A stretch of 64,000 bases of DNA from a virus, in the IMG/VR virus record IMGVR_UViG_3300044835_000040, positions 65,071 to 129,070 of that record. One strand, 5' to 3'. The notes under the pieces are model-generated. The model worked only from the letters and a program-made list of their open reading frames with translations. It was not told the DNA's origin and did not search any database. A program made the translations under genes and the position numbers. This document shows, piece by piece, positions 59,844-64,000 of this stretch (position 1 is the first letter of the stretch; every line of letters starts with the position of its first letter).

Positions 59844-62345
59844 GCGTGTACATCGGACGGGACCGCAGGCAGGGCCAGCGACGCGACCCGCAGTCGTTCG
59901 TGCACCGCGAACTTCGCGGTCAGGCAGAGCGGCGCGTGGGCGCCGACCGGCGCCAGGAGGCGCTGGCGGGCGTGATCGTGGGGATGAGCGCTGAGGACAT
60001 GGCGCTGCTCGCTGACTTCTGGCGTTCGATCGAGGAGAAGCGCGACGAGATCCGGGGCCGGGCGTGAGGGTCTTTTGCTTCACGACGAATGCGTGGACGC
60101 CGCGCCGCAGCGAGGTGTCCGTGGTCGCGCTCGCTGAGGATGGCGCGCTGCTCGACTCGCACCTGTGCTCGCCGCGGTACGCACGGCGGGACATCGAGCG
60201 TAGGCTGGCGAATCTGGTGGAGGAGGGCCGCGGGCCGTATGAGCCGGTGTGGGTCGATGACCCGGAGACGCACTCGGGCGTGAAGCTCGCGGAGCAGCGC
60301 AACGAGCGGATCGCGAAGGAACTGACGGGCGGCTCCGGCATCTTCCGCATGGGGCTCGATGGTGAGGTGGAGGAGCTGACCGAGGGGGAGTTGCAGCAGG
60401 GCGAGATCAAAGGCGAGGGAGGGTACGCGTGAGCGACGGCGAGTGGGAGCCGACGCGCTGGTGGCGTGTGGTGGACGCGGCCGGTGAGCTGATGGCCGAA
60501 TCGAGCGACGAGGCTGAGTGTCGGGCGTTCGCTGCAGAGACGCCGGGCGCGAAGGTCCATCGTCTGTACCGGCGCGTGCAGACCGAGGACTGGTGGAGGA
60601 CGGACGTATGACGCGGGTGCGGCGGGCTCAGCCGGGCATGGTGGCAGCGGTCAAGCCGAGACGGCTGCGGGTGAGCGTGTGGTCGCGGCTCGCGCGCGAA
60701 GGTGACCGGCACGCCGGGCTCCACGGCCGCGTGTGCGGGATCGAACGTGACGGCAGCTGTGGCCGGTCCTGCCGCTGCCATTGCCACCGCAGCGCACAGG
60801 AGGAGAGGCGGCATGGCTGACCCGTTGACGGTCCGCCAGCGGCGTGTGGTGCTCGCGTGCAGCGACGGGCTGTGGCGTTCGATCGACGCGTGGTGTGTGC
60901 TTGCGAACAGCCGGGCGCCGAAGGGCGCGAGGAAGGCCGACAAATACCGGCCGACTCCGATGGCCGACGCGTTCGCGGCGCTTCACTCCATCGGCTTCGC
61001 GGAGTACCGTCGTGGTCTTGATCGCGGTGACACGGTGATGGAGTGGCGGCTGACGGACGCGGGGCAGGTGCTCGCCGCGGAGCTACGGCTGGCGGGCACC
61101 CGGTGAATGGGACTGATAGGGGGAGCTGCGATGGACGCTAACGGCAGTATCTACCGTGCGCCCGAGGACGAGATCCCGCCGGAGGATCGAGCGCGTTACG
61201 ACGGATACCTGCGGGGCAAGGCCGAGAACGAGCTGGAGGTGTCGCGCCTTCTGCTGCAGGTCGCCACCGAGCGCGAGCGGAGGGCTCGGGCGGTGTGCGA
61301 GCGTGACGAAGCGCTAGCCGACCGTGACGACGCCGAGGCGAGGAGATGAGCGACGAGGTGAATCGCACGGAGGTGTTCACCGCGCTGGGCTACCTGCTCG
61401 CTGCGTGGCGTGACGATCCCGACCGGCTCGCTGTCGCGGTCACGGCGTACGAGAAAGCGGGCTGGCACATGGCGGCGTACGAGGTCGGCTCGACCTGCGG
61501 CGCGGCGGGCAAGCCGTACATCAAGGAAGCCGATGCGCAGGCGCTGATCAACGCTGCGCTGTACCGGCGGAACAAGCGTCTGCTGCGCCACCGCGCGGAC
61601 GGGCTGCTGATGGCCGTCGAAGCGTTCGCTGGGAGCTTCGAGGCGATGCGGCTGCACGACGTACGCGTGGAGTCTGCGGTGATCGAGTGCAGGGAGCTGC
61701 CGTTGGAGGAGCGGCTGGAGAAGCTGCGGGAGATGGAGGCGGCTCGTGGCTGATCGTGTCGAGCCGCTGAGCGCGTACATCAAGCGCGTGAACGGCGACC
61801 GCAACGAGATCCCTTTCATCGTCGGCGAGGTGGAGAAGCTGGAGGAGGTCGCCGAGGCGACGGCAGAGCAGCAGGCCCGCACGCTCGAAGCTCTCGCCAA
61901 ATCCGAAGGCGCGCCGGATGGTCCCGGTGTCTGCAAGGGGCTTCCGATGCCGCCTGAGCCGCCGCTGGTCGAACTCGTCGTCGTGGACCGCTTCAAGGGT
62001 GAGGCCGAGGCTACGTGAGTCGGCCGTTGCGAAACCTTGCTTGCAAACTCTGGGACGGCCATGAATGGGGGCCGTGGGACTCGCGGCGCTGGGGGAACCT
62101 GCTTGGTCTTAGCTACCGCGTCCGTTGGTGCCAGAAGTGCGGTGCGCGTGACATCGGAAGCTGGTTTTGACCGTGGAGGGCCGAGGCTACAGAAAGGAAA
62201 ACAGAGCAATGAAAGGTCGCTGGAAACGAACGCTGGTCTACGGGCCACTCACATACCACGAGGAACTGCGGGAGGCTTTGAGCGAAGGCAACTTCGAGAG
62301 GCTGATAGCACTTCGCCGCATTGTTTCTGGGGCGTCTACACAATG
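59840..62345 (+). other. run of small coupled hypothetical ORFs
   Basis: Overlapping start/stop chain, including unlisted ORFs starting at 62015 and 62208. Confidence 0.5.
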
Positions 62346-63530
62346 ACGGGCGTCGAGTTGATCGCAGCGGAGCGCGAGCGGCACGCGACGGCGGAGGGCT
62401 GGACGCCCGAGCATGACGACGGCCACGCGGCAGGCGAGTTGGCATACGCAGCGTGCGCCTACGCCTACCCGAACGCGATGGTCGCAGCGGTCGGAGGTGA
62501 CGCCTTCTCGCGCGAGCGGTTCTGGCCGTTTAGTGAGCCGTTCAACGGCACCGACTCTCCGAGGACTGCGATGGAGGGTGCGAGGGTTCGGGAGTTGGCG
62601 AAGGCCGGGGCTCTCATTGCCGCCGAGATTGACCGCTTGCATCGCGCCCCTGTTTCTGGGGGGTCTACACCATGAGCCGCGATGAGCAGGAGGCCGAGAT
62701 TGTGCGCCTGATCGCGGGAGGATCGGCGGATGCTATCGCTGGGGAACGCCAGTCCGCGAAAGCCGGGAACGCTTTCCGGATAGCCCGCGTACTTCTCGAC
62801 GCGCCCGGGGTGGTGTCTGCCGGGGAACTACACGAAGCCGAAGAGGCGCATCTCGCGGACATTGCGGAGGTTAGGCGCGCGCTGAGGTTTATTACCGGGG
62901 ACTGGACTGATCAGCATTACAGAGGTGTCTATGCCCGTGCTGGCGGTGGCTATGAGGGTTTGCAGGCGGTCGCTCGGGAGTTCCTTCTGACGCTGACCCC
63001 GCGCGGCCGAGCAGACGGCGTCTCTGGGGGTGACTGAGCGATGAGCGAGGTCGAGATCCACGTTCTCGAAGATGGCGAGGTTGTCGAGCGCAAGCCGCTG
63101 CCTCCCGATGAATACGCCGTGCTCGTCGGCGAGCGCCGCGAGATCAGCCACATACAGGCCCACGCGAACGGGACCGTAATCGTGACAATCAAACGTTTGG
63201 GGGCTGAGCGATGAGCGAGCCGAGTGATCTCAACATCTTCGACCAGCGTGCGAGAGCGGCGGGGTTTGGCGAGGGGCTGATCGACGCCTTCCTCGCGGGG
63301 ACGCCGCGCGAAGCCTTGGGCGAAGGGCGACTGACGGAGGTCATCGAGGCAGCCGACGCGCTGGCGGCTGGACGCTGCCCGGAGACGCCTCGCTGCAACT
63401 GTGCGTCGCATGGGCTCGCCGCCGAGTACCGGCACGGCATTCGCTGCCCCTATGGCTATCACCTGCGGCAACGCGCGTGGGATGCAATCAGAGAGAAGAA
63501 CCGGATCATGGGGGCTGAGCGATGAGCGAG
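62322..63530 (+). repeat. gene-boundary repeats
   Basis: TGTTTCTGGGG(C/G)GTCTACAC at 62322 and 62651; TGGGGGCTGAGCGATGAGCGAG at 63198 and 63509; hybrid copy at 63021-63049. Confidence 0.8.
62343..62675 (+). CDS. conserved phage hypothetical protein
   Basis: IAAERERH...EGWTPEHDD.H..GELA.AA..Y ... RELAKAGALIAAEIDRL, a recurrent phage motif. Confidence 0.75.
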   Translation: MTGVELIAAERERHATAEGWTPEHDDGHAAGELAYAACAYAYPNAMVAAVGGDAFSRERFWPFSEPFNGTDSPRTAMEGARVRELAKAGALIAAEIDRLHRAPVSGGSTP

Positions 63531-64000
63531 TCTGCTAGCTCACACGACCACGCGCAGGTGAGAACGGCGCTGCCGGGCGCGAAAGAGGCAGGTAAGTACC
63601 GGACGATCGTGGCGGACCCTCCGTGGGAGTATGAGGGCTTCGCGACGGGTCCCGGTGATCCGAGACGTGGTGCTGCGCGAGAGATCAAGGCCTCCTCGCT
63701 GCCGTACGTCTCGCTTACTGTCGAGGGCATCGCGGGGCTGCCCGTGGCTCGACTTGCTGACGAGGGTGGCGCGCGAGTATTTCTGTGGACAACTAGCCGC
63801 TACCTTCCCGAGGCCTTCGGTGTGCTTCGCCGCTGGGGCTTCTCGTACACCCAAACCTTGACGTGGCACAAGACCGGCAACCCGTCGCCATTCGGGGGCA
63901 GTGTGGCACCGATCCATGCCGAGTTTCTGCTTGTTGGCACCGTGGGGAAGATCCCCATTCAAGCGCGCATGGCAACCTCCGTGATCGCCGCCCCAAAGCC
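63522..64000 (+). CDS. second MT-A70 family methyltransferase (truncated by window edge; absent from ORF track)
   Basis: Manual translation: KYRTIVADPPWEY...ARVFLWTTSRYL...RRWGFSY...LTWHK...EFLLVG. Confidence 0.9.
   Translation, partial: MSESASSHDHAQVRTALPGAKEAGKYRTIVADPPWEYEGFATGPGDPRRGAAREIKASSLPYVSLTVEGIAGLPVARLADEGGARVFLWTTSRYLPEAFGVLRRWGFSYTQTLTWHKTGNPSPFGGSVAPIHAEFLLVGTVGKIPIQARMATSVIAAPK

Noticed and set aside
755-63996. Numerous long minus-strand ORFs in the track
   Set aside because: Antisense shadows of + strand genes, expected at high GC, with no recognisable motifs

Overview
This window is a 64 kb segment of a high-GC tailed phage or prophage, probably with an actinobacterial-type host (an inference from SLT/Rpf-like domains and apparently leaderless starts). 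Almost every gene is on the + strand. 0.5-19 kb is a contractile-tail module: tape measure, LysM, hub, gp25-like, baseplate J, fibres, a glycosyltransferase and lysis enzymes. 19-30 kb covers recombination and replication: RecT, exonuclease, HerA-like ATPase, an O-like initiator with iterons, a DnaC-like loader and a RuvC-like resolvase. 30-64 kb is a long accessory region of small genes, homing endonucleases, two MT-A70 methyltransferases and a NADAR. Two signals stand out. (1) A lone Cas7/RAMP-like gene (44708-45304) plus a small partner ORF is flanked by non-coding arrays with strict 5-nt GG(A/C)-NN periodicity, a candidate RNA-guided system with no CRISPR array. (2) A ~100-nt structured RNA with its own promoter and terminator (about 33186-33292) carries a single-stranded core antisense to a GCAACCGA...GGAGGTGCG leader found in front of at least seven phage genes. 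All protein calls come from motif recognition by eye; no database searches were run.
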